A DNA stretch of 64,000 nucleotides. Origin: Acidimicrobiia bacterium. GTDB taxonomy: Bacteria; Actinomycetota; Acidimicrobiia; IMCC26256; PALSA-610. The stretch covers positions 11,131 to 75,130 of the forward strand of contig JBKQIY010000048.1 in NCBI GenBank assembly GCA_052148155.1, given 5' to 3'. Position numbers and translations under genes: made by a program. The notes under the pieces were generated by a model. That model saw only the letters and a program-made list of their open reading frames with translations, was not told the origin of the DNA and searched no databases. Positions 29,008-37,390 of the stretch are shown piece by piece. Numbering within the stretch: the stretch's first letter is position 1; each line of letters begins with the position of its first letter.

Positions 29008-29904
29008 TCATCGAGCTCGTTCCACGTCGAGCACCGAACGGCCGCCTTTGCCGTCGAGCAAGTCGACGGCGGCTGCGACGCCGACCTCGATCGGATCCGA
29101 TCCGGCGACCCGGGTGCGCAGCACGATATGCCCGTCGGCCGCGGCGAGCAACGCGTCGAGGACCAGTGCACCGGTCGTACGGTCGAAACGCGCGAGCGCC
29201 CCACACGGCAACGAGCAACCGCCGCCAAGCTCGGCGAGGTAGGCACGTTCGGCTCGAACTTCGGTGTGCGCGGCTCGATCGTCGATTGCCGCGAGGCGGG
29301 CTTGTGTGCGCGGGTCGTCGGCTCGACATTCGACTCCCAGCGCGCCCTGCGCGGCTTGTGGCAGCACCACGGCAGGATCGAGGACCTCGCTGGCGTGGTC
29401 GCGCAGGCCGAGGCGATCGAGCGCCGCGACGGCGACGACGACGGCGTCGTGACCTTCGTCCACACGTTTGCGCAGCCGCGTCTCGATGCTGCCGCGTAAC
29501 GGTGCGAACACGAGGTCGGAGCGGGCGGCGGCGAGCTGGGCGCGACGGCGGACAGATCCGGTGGCGATCCGGCCGCCGGTCGGGATGGATTCGAGCGACG
29601 CGCCGACGAGCGCGTCACGCGGATCGCCACGTTCAGGTACGGAGGCGAGCACCAGGCCGTCGGCGGTGACCGACGGCAGATCCTTCGCGGAGTGAACCGC
29701 GAGATCTGCGCGTCCGTCCAGCACGGCTTGTTGGACCTCTTTGACGAAGACGCCGGTACCACCGATCGCGTGCAGGTCGGCACGCTGGTCGCGGTCGCCG
29801 GCGGTGGTGACGAACACGTACTCGACCGGTTCGCGCAGCAGTGCGCCGACGCGCTCGGCCTGCCAGCGCGCGAGGGCGCTGGCGCGCGTCGCGATCCGGA
29901 GCAC
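29008..29904 (-). CDS. hemC: Porphobilinogen deaminase (hydroxymethylbilane synthase)
   Basis: HemC-like sequence (LRIATRASALARWQAERV, GTGVFVKEVQQAVLDGRADLAVHSAKDLP, GGCSLPCGA). Confidence 0.95.
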   Translation of the reverse strand: MLRIATRASALARWQAERVGALLREPVEYVFVTTAGDRDQRADLHAIGGTGVFVKEVQQAVLDGRADLAVHSAKDLPSVTADGLVLASVPERGDPRDALVGASLESIPTGGRIATGSVRRRAQLAAARSDLVFAPLRGSIETRLRKRVDEGHDAVVVAVAALDRLGLRDHASEVLDPAVVLPQAAQGALGVECRADDPRTQARLAAIDDRAAHTEVRAERAYLAELGGGCSLPCGALARFDRTTGALVLDALLAAADGHIVLRTRVAGSDPIEVGVAAAVDLLDGKGGRSVLDVERAR

Positions 29905-29907
29905 GAG

Positions 29908-31179
29908 TTAGTCCTCTAACGGAGGAAGGTCGAACAGGGCGGCGAGCGCGTCGGCGTAGTAGTAGCCGCGCGGGGTGCCGGCCGCGTCTTTCACCCGCAC
30001 CGTCGGCTCGTGCAACAGTTTGTTGACGATACCTTCGGTCAGTGCCTCGACGACGGCGCGCTGATCGGGATCGAGTCCGCCGAGCTTCGCGCGGAATCGT
30101 GCGATCTCACCTGTCCGGACGCGCTCGCCGAGTTCGCGCAATGACGTGACGAGCGGCGCGACCTGCCGTCCGGTCCGGTCGGCGCGGTACCGTTCGATTT
30201 CAGCCGCGAGGATCTCTCGTACTTTGGTGATCTCGCGCCGCCGACGCTCGGCCGAGCGTTGCGCGTAGTCCTTCAGGTCGTCGAGGTCGAGCAGCGTGAC
30301 ATCGTTGACTTCGCGCACGCCCGGGTCGACGTCGCGCGGCAACGCCACGTCGACGACGAGCAGCGGCCGTCCACCGCGACACGCCATCACCATCTCGATG
30401 GTCGAGCGTTCGATGAGCACCTGCGCCGAAGCGGTCGAGGAGAGCAGCACGTCGGCGTCGACGAGCGTGTCGGCGATCTCGCTCAGCGGGATGGCCTCAC
30501 CGCCGATACGCGCCGCGGCTTGCTGGGCGCGCTCGAACGTCCGGTTTGCGATCCACACGCGATCCACGCCTCGCGAACGCAGGGTTGATGCGAGTCCGGT
30601 CCCCATCTGACCGGCACCGACGACGAGTACCTTCGCTCCGTCGAACGACCCGAGGTGCTCCGCCGCGACGGTCACGGCCGCCGACGGGATCGATACCGGA
30701 TGCCGGCCGATGCCGGTCTCGGTGCGGACCCGCTTGCCCGACTCGACCGCGTGGCGGAACAGTCCGGTCAGCTGGGGGGCGGTGCCTTCCCGCACGGCGG
30801 CCTGCCAGGCTTCGCGTACCTGGCCGAGGATTTCGCTTTCCCCGACGATCATCGAGTCAAGGCCGGCCGCGACGGCGAACAGATGCGCGACCGCCGCGTC
30901 GTCGTAGTAGGTGTACAGCAGGTCGGCGAAGTCTTCGGGCGCGGCTCCCGAATGTTCCGAAAGGAACGCGCTGACGTCACCGACGGCAGGATGAAAATGG
31001 GTGCAACGGGCGTAGACCTCGATGCGGTTGCAGGTCGACAGCACGACGACTTCGAGGAGGTGCTCGCGGGCGCTGAGGTCGTGGAGCACCTTGGCGAGCT
31101 GGTCTTCCGGGACCGTCATCCGCTCGAGCAGGTCAACGGGCGCCGTGCGGTGGTTGAGACCGACCACGATCAAAGACAC
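29908..31179 (-). CDS. hemA: Glutamyl-tRNA reductase
   Basis: GTG at 31179 gives VSLIVVGLNHRTAPVDLLERM (HemA N-terminus), then STCNRIEVY and the NAD-binding motif VLVVGAGQMG. Confidence 0.9.
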   Translation of the reverse strand: MSLIVVGLNHRTAPVDLLERMTVPEDQLAKVLHDLSAREHLLEVVVLSTCNRIEVYARCTHFHPAVGDVSAFLSEHSGAAPEDFADLLYTYYDDAAVAHLFAVAAGLDSMIVGESEILGQVREAWQAAVREGTAPQLTGLFRHAVESGKRVRTETGIGRHPVSIPSAAVTVAAEHLGSFDGAKVLVVGAGQMGTGLASTLRSRGVDRVWIANRTFERAQQAAARIGGEAIPLSEIADTLVDADVLLSSTASAQVLIERSTIEMVMACRGGRPLLVVDVALPRDVDPGVREVNDVTLLDLDDLKDYAQRSAERRRREITKVREILAAEIERYRADRTGRQVAPLVTSLRELGERVRTGEIARFRAKLGGLDPDQRAVVEALTEGIVNKLLHEPTVRVKDAAGTPRGYYYADALAALFDLPPLED

Positions 31180-31808
31180 GAGTTCAGGAGCTCCTTCGCG
31201 TCGGCGACGCGTCCGGCGCGCACGAGGTCCACGATGCCGGAGTCGAACGCCTGTTGCCAATCGGCGCTCTCAGTTGAACGGCCGGATGCCCGCAAGCCTT
31301 CCCGAGCTTCGGAAAGCAGTTCGAGGAGGGTTTCGTACTCAGGACCGAGCTCCTCGGTCAGGAACCGTCGGAGGTACGCGGCGAGCGCGGGGCTGCGTCC
31401 GCCCGTGCCGACCGCGACGACGAGGTCGGCGCGCCGGATCACGGACATCATCGTAAAGGAGCAATTCTTCGGGTCGTCGGCACTGTTGACCCAGACCCGG
31501 CCCGCCTCGCCCGCGGCGTAGACCGAGGCGTTGACCGCCGGGTCGTCGGTCGCGGTCAACGCGAGCCAGGCGCCTTCGAGGTCGGTGGCGCGGAACTCAC
31601 GCTCGATCATTTCGCAGCGGCCGGCATCGGCGTAGGCCCGCACTTCGGGCGCGACGGTGGGAGCGACCACGACCACGTCGGCGCCGAGCTCGAGGAGCGG
31701 CTCGATCTTGCGGGCGGCGATGCGGCCCCCGCCGACGACGACGACCCGTCGCCCGCGCACGACCAGGTTGACCGGAAGCCCGCCGAGCGCGGCGCGCACC
31801 TCGGTCAT
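31170..31808 (-). CDS. Precorrin-2 dehydrogenase / sirohydrochlorin ferrochelatase (CysG N-terminal-domain type)
   Basis: ATG at 31808 gives LPVNLVVRGRRVVVVGGGRIAARKIEPLLELGADVVVVAP, a siroheme-synthase N-terminal Rossmann fold. Confidence 0.8.
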   Translation of the reverse strand: MTEVRAALGGLPVNLVVRGRRVVVVGGGRIAARKIEPLLELGADVVVVAPTVAPEVRAYADAGRCEMIEREFRATDLEGAWLALTATDDPAVNASVYAAGEAGRVWVNSADDPKNCSFTMMSVIRRADLVVAVGTGGRSPALAAYLRRFLTEELGPEYETLLELLSEAREGLRASGRSTESADWQQAFDSGIVDLVRAGRVADAKELLNSCL

Positions 31809-31815
31809 CACCGCA

Positions 31816-32490
31816 TCACCCGGCTTTCCCGGCCGACTGGCGATCGGGCGCGACGCCGCGCCGAAGTTGGTAGAAGGACAGGATTTGCAGCTCGATCGCC
31901 AGGTCGACCTTCCGGACCGACACAGTGTTGGGGACGGCCAGGACCGCGGGTGCGAAGTTGAGGATGGAGCGCACACCGGCGTCCACCAACCGGTCGGCGA
32001 CCTCTTGGGCGACGGGCGCCGGCGTGGCGATCATGCCGATCGTGATCTTTCGTTCGTCGACGATGTGGGCCAGCGCGGCGATCGGCTCGATCGCCAGCTC
32101 GCCGACCTCGCCGCCTACGAGGTCGTCGTCGGCGTCGACGAGCGCGACGATCCGAAAACCGCGCGCACCGAAACCACGGTAGTTGGCGAGCGCCCGGCCG
32201 AGGTTTCCGATTCCGACGATCACCACCGGCCAGTCGCGCGTGAGCCCAAGTTCGCGTGAGATCTCGTGGAGGAGGTAGTCGACGTCGTAGCCGACGCCCC
32301 GGGTGCCGTACGAGCCGAGGTACGAAAGGTCCTTGCGGACCTTGGCCGCGTTGACGCCGGCGAGCTCGGCGAGCCGTTCGGAAGAGATGGTCGCCACGTC
32401 GTGGTCGGCGGCTTCGAGCAGCGCCCGGTAGTACAGAGGCAGGCGCGCGACGGTCGCCTCGGGGATCCGGCGTCGTGCAGTGTCGCCCAC
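31816..32490 (-). CDS. rex: Redox-sensing transcriptional repressor Rex
   Basis: Rex-like N-terminal winged helix (IPEATVARLPLYYRAL, SSERLAELAGVNAAKVRKDLSYLGSYGTRGVGYDV) and NADH-binding Rossmann motif VVIVGIGNLGRALANY. First gene of a rex-hem operon, as in Streptomyces. Confidence 0.95.
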   Translation of the reverse strand: MGDTARRRIPEATVARLPLYYRALLEAADHDVATISSERLAELAGVNAAKVRKDLSYLGSYGTRGVGYDVDYLLHEISRELGLTRDWPVVIVGIGNLGRALANYRGFGARGFRIVALVDADDDLVGGEVGELAIEPIAALAHIVDERKITIGMIATPAPVAQEVADRLVDAGVRSILNFAPAVLAVPNTVSVRKVDLAIELQILSFYQLRRGVAPDRQSAGKAG

Positions 32491-32539
32491 CCCGCTCCTC
32501 TCACCAGGTCCGACATGTCCAGTTCGCAGGGTACCGACT

Positions 32540-32557
32540 TTGTGACCGCATTCTCAA
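32540..32557. promoter_or_regulatory. Candidate Rex operator (ROP-like inverted repeat)
   Basis: TTGTGACCGCATTCTCAA matches the Streptomyces ROP consensus TTGTGAA-N4-TTCACAA at 12 of 14 specified positions. It lies 50-67 nt upstream of the rex start. Confidence 0.65.
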
Positions 32558-32618
32558 AGTGTGGAGTTCGGGTCCGTACCGTGCCCGTCGGCCCGCCCGA
32601 CGTACGCTCGGCACGCCC

Positions 32619-33419
32619 ATGGTCGCCGGTCTTGCCTTCATCGCCACCGCGATCGCCACGGTGTTCGCCCAGGCGACCGCGGTTCGGTGGTCACGGTCGC
32701 GGGCACCGCATCAGGGCGCGTGGACGGTGGCGTTGGCGCTGTTCGCGCTGGCGTCGGCCGCGCTCGCGACGGGCGCCTCGACCGGCTGGGATCGGGGCAC
32801 GTTCCGCGCGTTTTATCTTCTCGGCGCGGTGATCAACGTCCCGTGGCTCGCGCTGGGGACCGTGTACCTGTTGATGGGCCGCCGGGTCGGGAACCGCGTC
32901 CGGGCCGGGCTGCTCGTGTTCACCGGCTTCGGGATCGGGGTGATGCTCGCAGCGCCGATGCACGGCACCATCGCCGGCAGTCGGATCCCGGTCGGCAAGG
33001 ATCACTTCGGCGTGTTGCCACGTGCGCTGGCCGGCACCGGCAGTGGGCTCGGAGCCATCGTGGTGTTCGGCGGCGCGGCCTGGTCGGCAGTTCGCTTCGC
33101 CCGGTCACGCCGGCCTGGGTCGGGCCGCCTGGCCGGAGGCAACGGGCTGATCGCGTTGGGCACCCTCGTGTTGTCGAGCGGCGGCCTGCTGCAGGGCATC
33201 GTCGGCTCGGATGAGGCGTTCGCGTTGACGACCGCGACGGGGATCGCGGTGATCTACGCAGGTTTCGTCGTCGCGTCGAGCGTTCGACGTCAGGCGGTCG
33301 TCTCGTCCGACGGGGTTGGGGACGAACCGGCCTCTGACGGCAGCTCACGTCGCAACAACTTGCCGGCAAACGATCGGGGCAGCTCATCAACGAGTTCGAC
33401 CCGGGTCGGGAGCTTGTAG
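32619..33419 (+). CDS. Uncharacterised polytopic membrane protein
   Basis: From ATG at 32619 there are about six hydrophobic segments (MVAGLAFIATAIATVFA, WTVALALFALASAALA, FYLLGAVINVPWLALGTVYLL, LLVFTGFGIGVMLAAP and others). The 3' end overlaps the convergent acyl-CoA synthetase by 130 nt. Confidence 0.55.
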   Translation: MVAGLAFIATAIATVFAQATAVRWSRSRAPHQGAWTVALALFALASAALATGASTGWDRGTFRAFYLLGAVINVPWLALGTVYLLMGRRVGNRVRAGLLVFTGFGIGVMLAAPMHGTIAGSRIPVGKDHFGVLPRALAGTGSGLGAIVVFGGAAWSAVRFARSRRPGSGRLAGGNGLIALGTLVLSSGGLLQGIVGSDEAFALTTATGIAVIYAGFVVASSVRRQAVVSSDGVGDEPASDGSSRRNNLPANDRGSSSTSSTRVGSL

Positions 33420-34816
33420 CGCGCGAGGCGGCGGCCGGTGTGGCGCAGCAATTCGACCGGATCGGGATTGCGGCCGGGTTTGGGGACCACGTACGCGACG
33501 ATGGTCTCGCCGGTGCGGGGATGAGCCTCGCCGACGACGGCGACATCGGCGACGTCGGCGTGTTGGGCGATCACGTGCTCAACTTCGCCGGGATACACGT
33601 TGAATCCCGACACGATCACCACGTCTTTGACTCGTTCGACTAACGCGAGCCAGCCGTCGTCGTCGGCGACGCCGATGTCGCCGGTGTGCAGCCAGCCGTC
33701 ACGGTCGAGGACGCGTGCCGACGCTTCCGGGTCGCCCCAATATCCGGCGAACACGTTTGCTCCGCGTACGAGGATCTCGCCCGGATCGCCGCGGAGGACG
33801 TCCTGACCGTCGTCGTCTGTGAGACGGACTTCAACGCCCGGCAAGGGCGGCCCCACCGAACCTGGGCGGGGCCGCGCCGCGATCGCGCTTGTCGTGACCA
33901 CCGGTGACGCTTCGGTGAGTCCGTATCCGTCGTGGACGTCGATTGCGAAACGAGCTCGCATCGCGGTCACGAGCTCCGGTCGCAGCGGCGCCGCGCCGGA
34001 AACACACAGCCGGACCTGCTCGAACGGGTTCGCCGGCGCGACGGCCGGATCGAGGGCGATCCACGCCTCGAAGATCGCCGGGACCGCGGCAACGACGGTG
34101 ACGCGATCGGCTTGGACCCGGGTCAGGGTTTCGTTGGGATGGAAGTGGTCGACCAACGACACACCGCCGCCCGCCATCAATGAGAGGCCGAGCACCACGT
34201 TGAGCCCGAACACGTGGAACAACGGAAGCACCGCGAGCGCGACGTCGTCGCGGCCTACCCGTAAGCCGGGATGTGCCTGCATCTGGGTCAGGTTGGCCGA
34301 CAACGAGCCGTGGGTCAGCATCGCCGGCTTGGGCGCGCCCGCTGTCCCGGCCGTGAAGAGCAACACTGCGAGATCGTCGGCCGCGCGCGTGACCGGCGAA
34401 CAGGGATCGGCCGGAAGTTGTTGTGGGTCGGCGCCGTCGTAGACGAACACGGGAACCTCGGTCGCACACAGGGCGCAGGCGCGGCGCGCGAGATCGGCGT
34501 AGGCGCTCGACGCAACGACCATTGCGGGCTCGACGACCGACAGCTCGCGTGCGAGTTCAAGTGACGGCGATGCGCCGTTGACCGGAACTGCGACCCCTCC
34601 TGCGGTCAGGATCGCAAGGTAGGCGCGCACGAACGCGAGCTCGTTGCCGGCCAGCAGCACCACGCGCGCTCCGGGCTCGATCTGGGTCGCCAGCCGGGCG
34701 GCCAACCGGCCGGAGGCGACGGCGAGTGCGCCGAACGTCTCGCGCTGGGGCGCGACGATGGCGGCGTCGTCGGGCGCGGTGTTCGCAGCCTCCAATAGGA
34801 CAGCACCCAGATTCAC
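33290..34816 (-). CDS. AMP-dependent acyl-CoA synthetase/ligase
   Basis: AMP-binding motifs LLFTAGTAGAPKPAMLTHGSL, DGYGLTEASP, TGDIGVADDDGW and FAGKLLRREL. GTG at 34816 chosen as start. Confidence 0.9.
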   Translation of the reverse strand: MNLGAVLLEAANTAPDDAAIVAPQRETFGALAVASGRLAARLATQIEPGARVVLLAGNELAFVRAYLAILTAGGVAVPVNGASPSLELARELSVVEPAMVVASSAYADLARRACALCATEVPVFVYDGADPQQLPADPCSPVTRAADDLAVLLFTAGTAGAPKPAMLTHGSLSANLTQMQAHPGLRVGRDDVALAVLPLFHVFGLNVVLGLSLMAGGGVSLVDHFHPNETLTRVQADRVTVVAAVPAIFEAWIALDPAVAPANPFEQVRLCVSGAAPLRPELVTAMRARFAIDVHDGYGLTEASPVVTTSAIAARPRPGSVGPPLPGVEVRLTDDDGQDVLRGDPGEILVRGANVFAGYWGDPEASARVLDRDGWLHTGDIGVADDDGWLALVERVKDVVIVSGFNVYPGEVEHVIAQHADVADVAVVGEAHPRTGETIVAYVVPKPGRNPDPVELLRHTGRRLARYKLPTRVELVDELPRSFAGKLLRRELPSEAGSSPTPSDETTA

Positions 34817-35179
34817 GCGCCGGGAGGCTACGTCCCTTGGCCGCTGAGCTCCGGTTTGGGTCGTGCACGACGCCGATACAGCCAGAAACACTACCTAGAG
34901 TGGTAAATCTGGGCTGTATCGCTCAAGGATCGCGCGCTCGGTGTCGTTATTTGGGTATCACGCGAGCGGGCCGCACGGTCGGCGGGGATTGGGAGACCCA
35001 TCCTCGACGTTGTGGGGACCGCTTCGCCCGAGATCGGGGGTTCCGGTCGTGGTTGTGGGCGTGTGGCCGCTCCGGTCTTCCCGGGCGGTCACGCAACGTA
35101 GCCTCCCAGCCCGCCCCAAAGCGTCCGCACTGCGGCCGGACCCCGAACTCGATCGTTGCCTGGCGTCGCGTGCAGGCTG

Positions 35180-35266
35180 CTACATCCGAAATGCGAACTG
35201 CACGATTGACGCGAGCAGAATGAGCACGAGCAGCGCGACGAGCACCAAACTCGTTCCGGCCCTCAC
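35180..35266 (-). CDS. Hypothetical 28-aa hydrophobic micropeptide coupled to the DUF62 gene (speculative)
   Basis: GTG at 35266 forms a GTGA overlap with the upstream stop, and AAGAGG lies 8 nt upstream. Sequence (M)RAGTSLVLVALLVLILLASIVQFAFRM is a single TM-like helix. There is no other support. Confidence 0.2.
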   Translation of the reverse strand: MRAGTSLVLVALLVLILLASIVQFAFRM

Positions 35267-36156
35267 GCGCGAGCCTCTTTGCGTCCGAGCCCGACGTGCA
35301 CACCGCGCTCGGGCTGCCCAGCGCTCGCTTCGGTCGACACCGTGATGGCGCTCGCGGCGCGAACGCCGAGCTCGACGGCTGCCGACCGACGGTCGAGCGC
35401 GATCGCGCACATGCCGTAGGAGTCGACGAGCACGACCAGCTCCGCCGGCTTGGCGTCGGCGAACGTTCGCACCCATCGTGCTCGGCGGCCCGATCCCACT
35501 CCGGCCGCGTCGGACACGATGATTTCCAGCGCGTCGCCGATCTTGGCGCCCGCCTCTTCGAGCTGTTCGGGCGCGACGTTGAGTTGGCAGTTGCCGTAGC
35601 GGTCGACCCACAAGACCTCGCCCGTGATCCGACCGTCCCCGTCGACGTTCGGGAGCGGCACGAGCGCCGGGGTGAGCAGCACTGGATCCACCTCGGGTCC
35701 TAACGCTTCGAGCGGCAGCCCGACCGCGAGGCGGGCGGCCGCGGGGGCCATCACGTCGCGGCCGGCGAACGTCGGACCGGGCGCATGGAGCTGATATTCC
35801 TCGGCGGTGATCTCGACGACTCGGCGGGGCCCGCCGAGCATGGCGACCGCCGGCGCCAACAGCCCGTTGTCAGGGCCGACAATCGACGCGTTTTCGACGT
35901 CGACGGCGATGCAGCGTCGCTCGGTGCCGACACCCGGGTCGACGACCGCGAGCACGACACCTTCGGGCAGATACTGGATCGCGCGTACGAGGGCGAGTGC
36001 CCCCGCCCGGACGTCGAAGGGCGGGATTTCGTGGGTGACGTCGACAATGCGGAGTTCGGGGGCGATATCGAGCATTACCGCGTGACAGACACCGACGAAC
36101 TCGTCCGCACGGCCGTAGTCCGATAGGAACGACACGAATGGAGGACGATCAGCCAC
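35263..36156 (-). CDS. S-adenosyl-L-methionine hydroxide adenosyltransferase family protein (DUF62)
   Basis: N-terminal FVSFLSDYGRADEFVGVCHAVML and VVDPGVGTERR are typical of the DUF62 / fluorinase-chlorinase-like family. GTG at 36156. Confidence 0.75.
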   Translation of the reverse strand: MADRPPFVSFLSDYGRADEFVGVCHAVMLDIAPELRIVDVTHEIPPFDVRAGALALVRAIQYLPEGVVLAVVDPGVGTERRCIAVDVENASIVGPDNGLLAPAVAMLGGPRRVVEITAEEYQLHAPGPTFAGRDVMAPAAARLAVGLPLEALGPEVDPVLLTPALVPLPNVDGDGRITGEVLWVDRYGNCQLNVAPEQLEEAGAKIGDALEIIVSDAAGVGSGRRARWVRTFADAKPAELVVLVDSYGMCAIALDRRSAAVELGVRAASAITVSTEASAGQPERGVHVGLGRKEARA

Positions 36157-36264
36157 GACGCCGACGCTACCCCCGAAAGAAAAACGCTCGGGAAACCGAG
36201 ACGCGACCCGTCCGCGGACGCGCACCTACTCGGTGTGCCTCGGTGTCGACTTCGACCAGCTGCG

Positions 36265-36459
36265 CTATCCCGCTTGGGTGTAGCCCGACGCGAGATACGT
36301 GTCGACGTCGCCTTCGGCGACGCGAAACGACCGGCCTACACGCACAGCCGGCAGCTCGCCAGCTTTGATCAATCGGTAGACGGTCATCGACGAAACCCGC
36401 ATCAGGTCCGCCACCTCCTGAACCGTCAAGAAGCGCGCTTTGCTCAATCCATTGCCCAC
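36265..36459 (-). CDS. Small excisionase-family (MerR-like) helix-turn-helix DNA-binding protein
   Basis: 64 aa. LTVQEVADLMRVSSMTVYRLIKAGELPAVRVGRSFRV is the excisionase-type HTH. It lies near proC, as does the small HTH gene next to proC in mycobacteria (from memory). Confidence 0.8.
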   Translation of the reverse strand: MGNGLSKARFLTVQEVADLMRVSSMTVYRLIKAGELPAVRVGRSFRVAEGDVDTYLASGYTQAG

Positions 36460-36601
36460 GCGGAACTCCCTACGCCACCCGCTCCCATAAGGGTAGATGG
36501 CTGCGCCACGAGTTGTCGAGGGTCAACTAGCGGGGCGAGTGACTAGTCACACCTCGCGCGGGGGCCGCGACGGTCGGGCGTGGCCGCCGAATGCGGGCCG
36601 A

Positions 36602-37390
36602 TCAGATCGTCCGGCCGACGACTTCGGGGAGCGCGGCCTCGAGGAGCGGGCGGTACGCACCGGGAGCCCGGTCGGTCCACATCGGCACCACAAGACATGA
36701 GCGGTCCCGGCGCCGGGTCAGCGCGAGGGAGCAATGGTCGAGTCCGGCCAACGCGATCACCTCGATGCCGGCATCGATCGCGACGTCGGCGAACGGCCCG
36801 TCGGCGATGACCAGCGCGGGTCGGGGCACGAGGAACAGCCACTCTTGGGGAGCTTCGGGACCACGCGTGTCACACAGCGAATGTCCGTCGGTCACCACCG
36901 CGACTCCGTCGACCCAGCGGATCGCGCGCGCGGCTCGGCCGTCAACGCGCAGCGGAGGAGAGTCGTCATCGTCGGCCACGTCGGCGCCGCAGCTGCGAGC
37001 CAGACGGGCGAGCGCGAGCGACACGCTGAGGAGCGACGCGGGCTGACTCGTCGCCAACGAGATATGCGCGCCGGTGCTCGCCACCTCGACGATCCGATCG
37101 ACGGCCCGGGCCATGGCGGCGATCGTGAGCTCCGGATCGATCCGCGGGTCTGCGATCGTGGCGCCGAACACGGCATGGACTGCGGTCCATGCCTCGTCGA
37201 GGAGGACGGATTGTGTCCGGTCGCGTGCGGCCCGTTCGACGAGCCGGCGAAGCTCCGAGGGTCCGGGACCGACCGACCGGCCGGCCACATGTGACCGTTC
37301 CAAGCGCTGCGCGAGCGTCGGTGGTGGCGCCAACTGTCGATGTCCGACCCTCGACTCGAGCCGGGGAGGGCGATTGCGCGCCTTGCTCAT
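36602..37390 (-). CDS. Conserved hypothetical protein (262 aa), translationally coupled to proC
   Basis: ATG at 37390 forms an ATGA overlap with the proC stop. Composition is protein-like downstream of it. The rest of the 539-aa ORF 36602..38221 overlaps proC in another frame and is Arg-rich. Confidence 0.6.
   Translation of the reverse strand: MSKARNRPPRLESRVGHRQLAPPPTLAQRLERSHVAGRSVGPGPSELRRLVERAARDRTQSVLLDEAWTAVHAVFGATIADPRIDPELTIAAMARAVDRIVEVASTGAHISLATSQPASLLSVSLALARLARSCGADVADDDDSPPLRVDGRAARAIRWVDGVAVVTDGHSLCDTRGPEAPQEWLFLVPRPALVIADGPFADVAIDAGIEVIALAGLDHCSLALTRRRDRSCLVVPMWTDRAPGAYRPLLEAALPEVVGRTI

Noticed and set aside
28995-29783. 5' 263 codons of the 755-aa ORF 27516..29783
   Set aside because: It overlaps hemC in another frame and is Ser/Arg/Pro-rich. 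The SUMT N-terminus (MTVYLVGAGPGDPG) starts at the internal ATG at 28994, 13 nt after the hemC stop.
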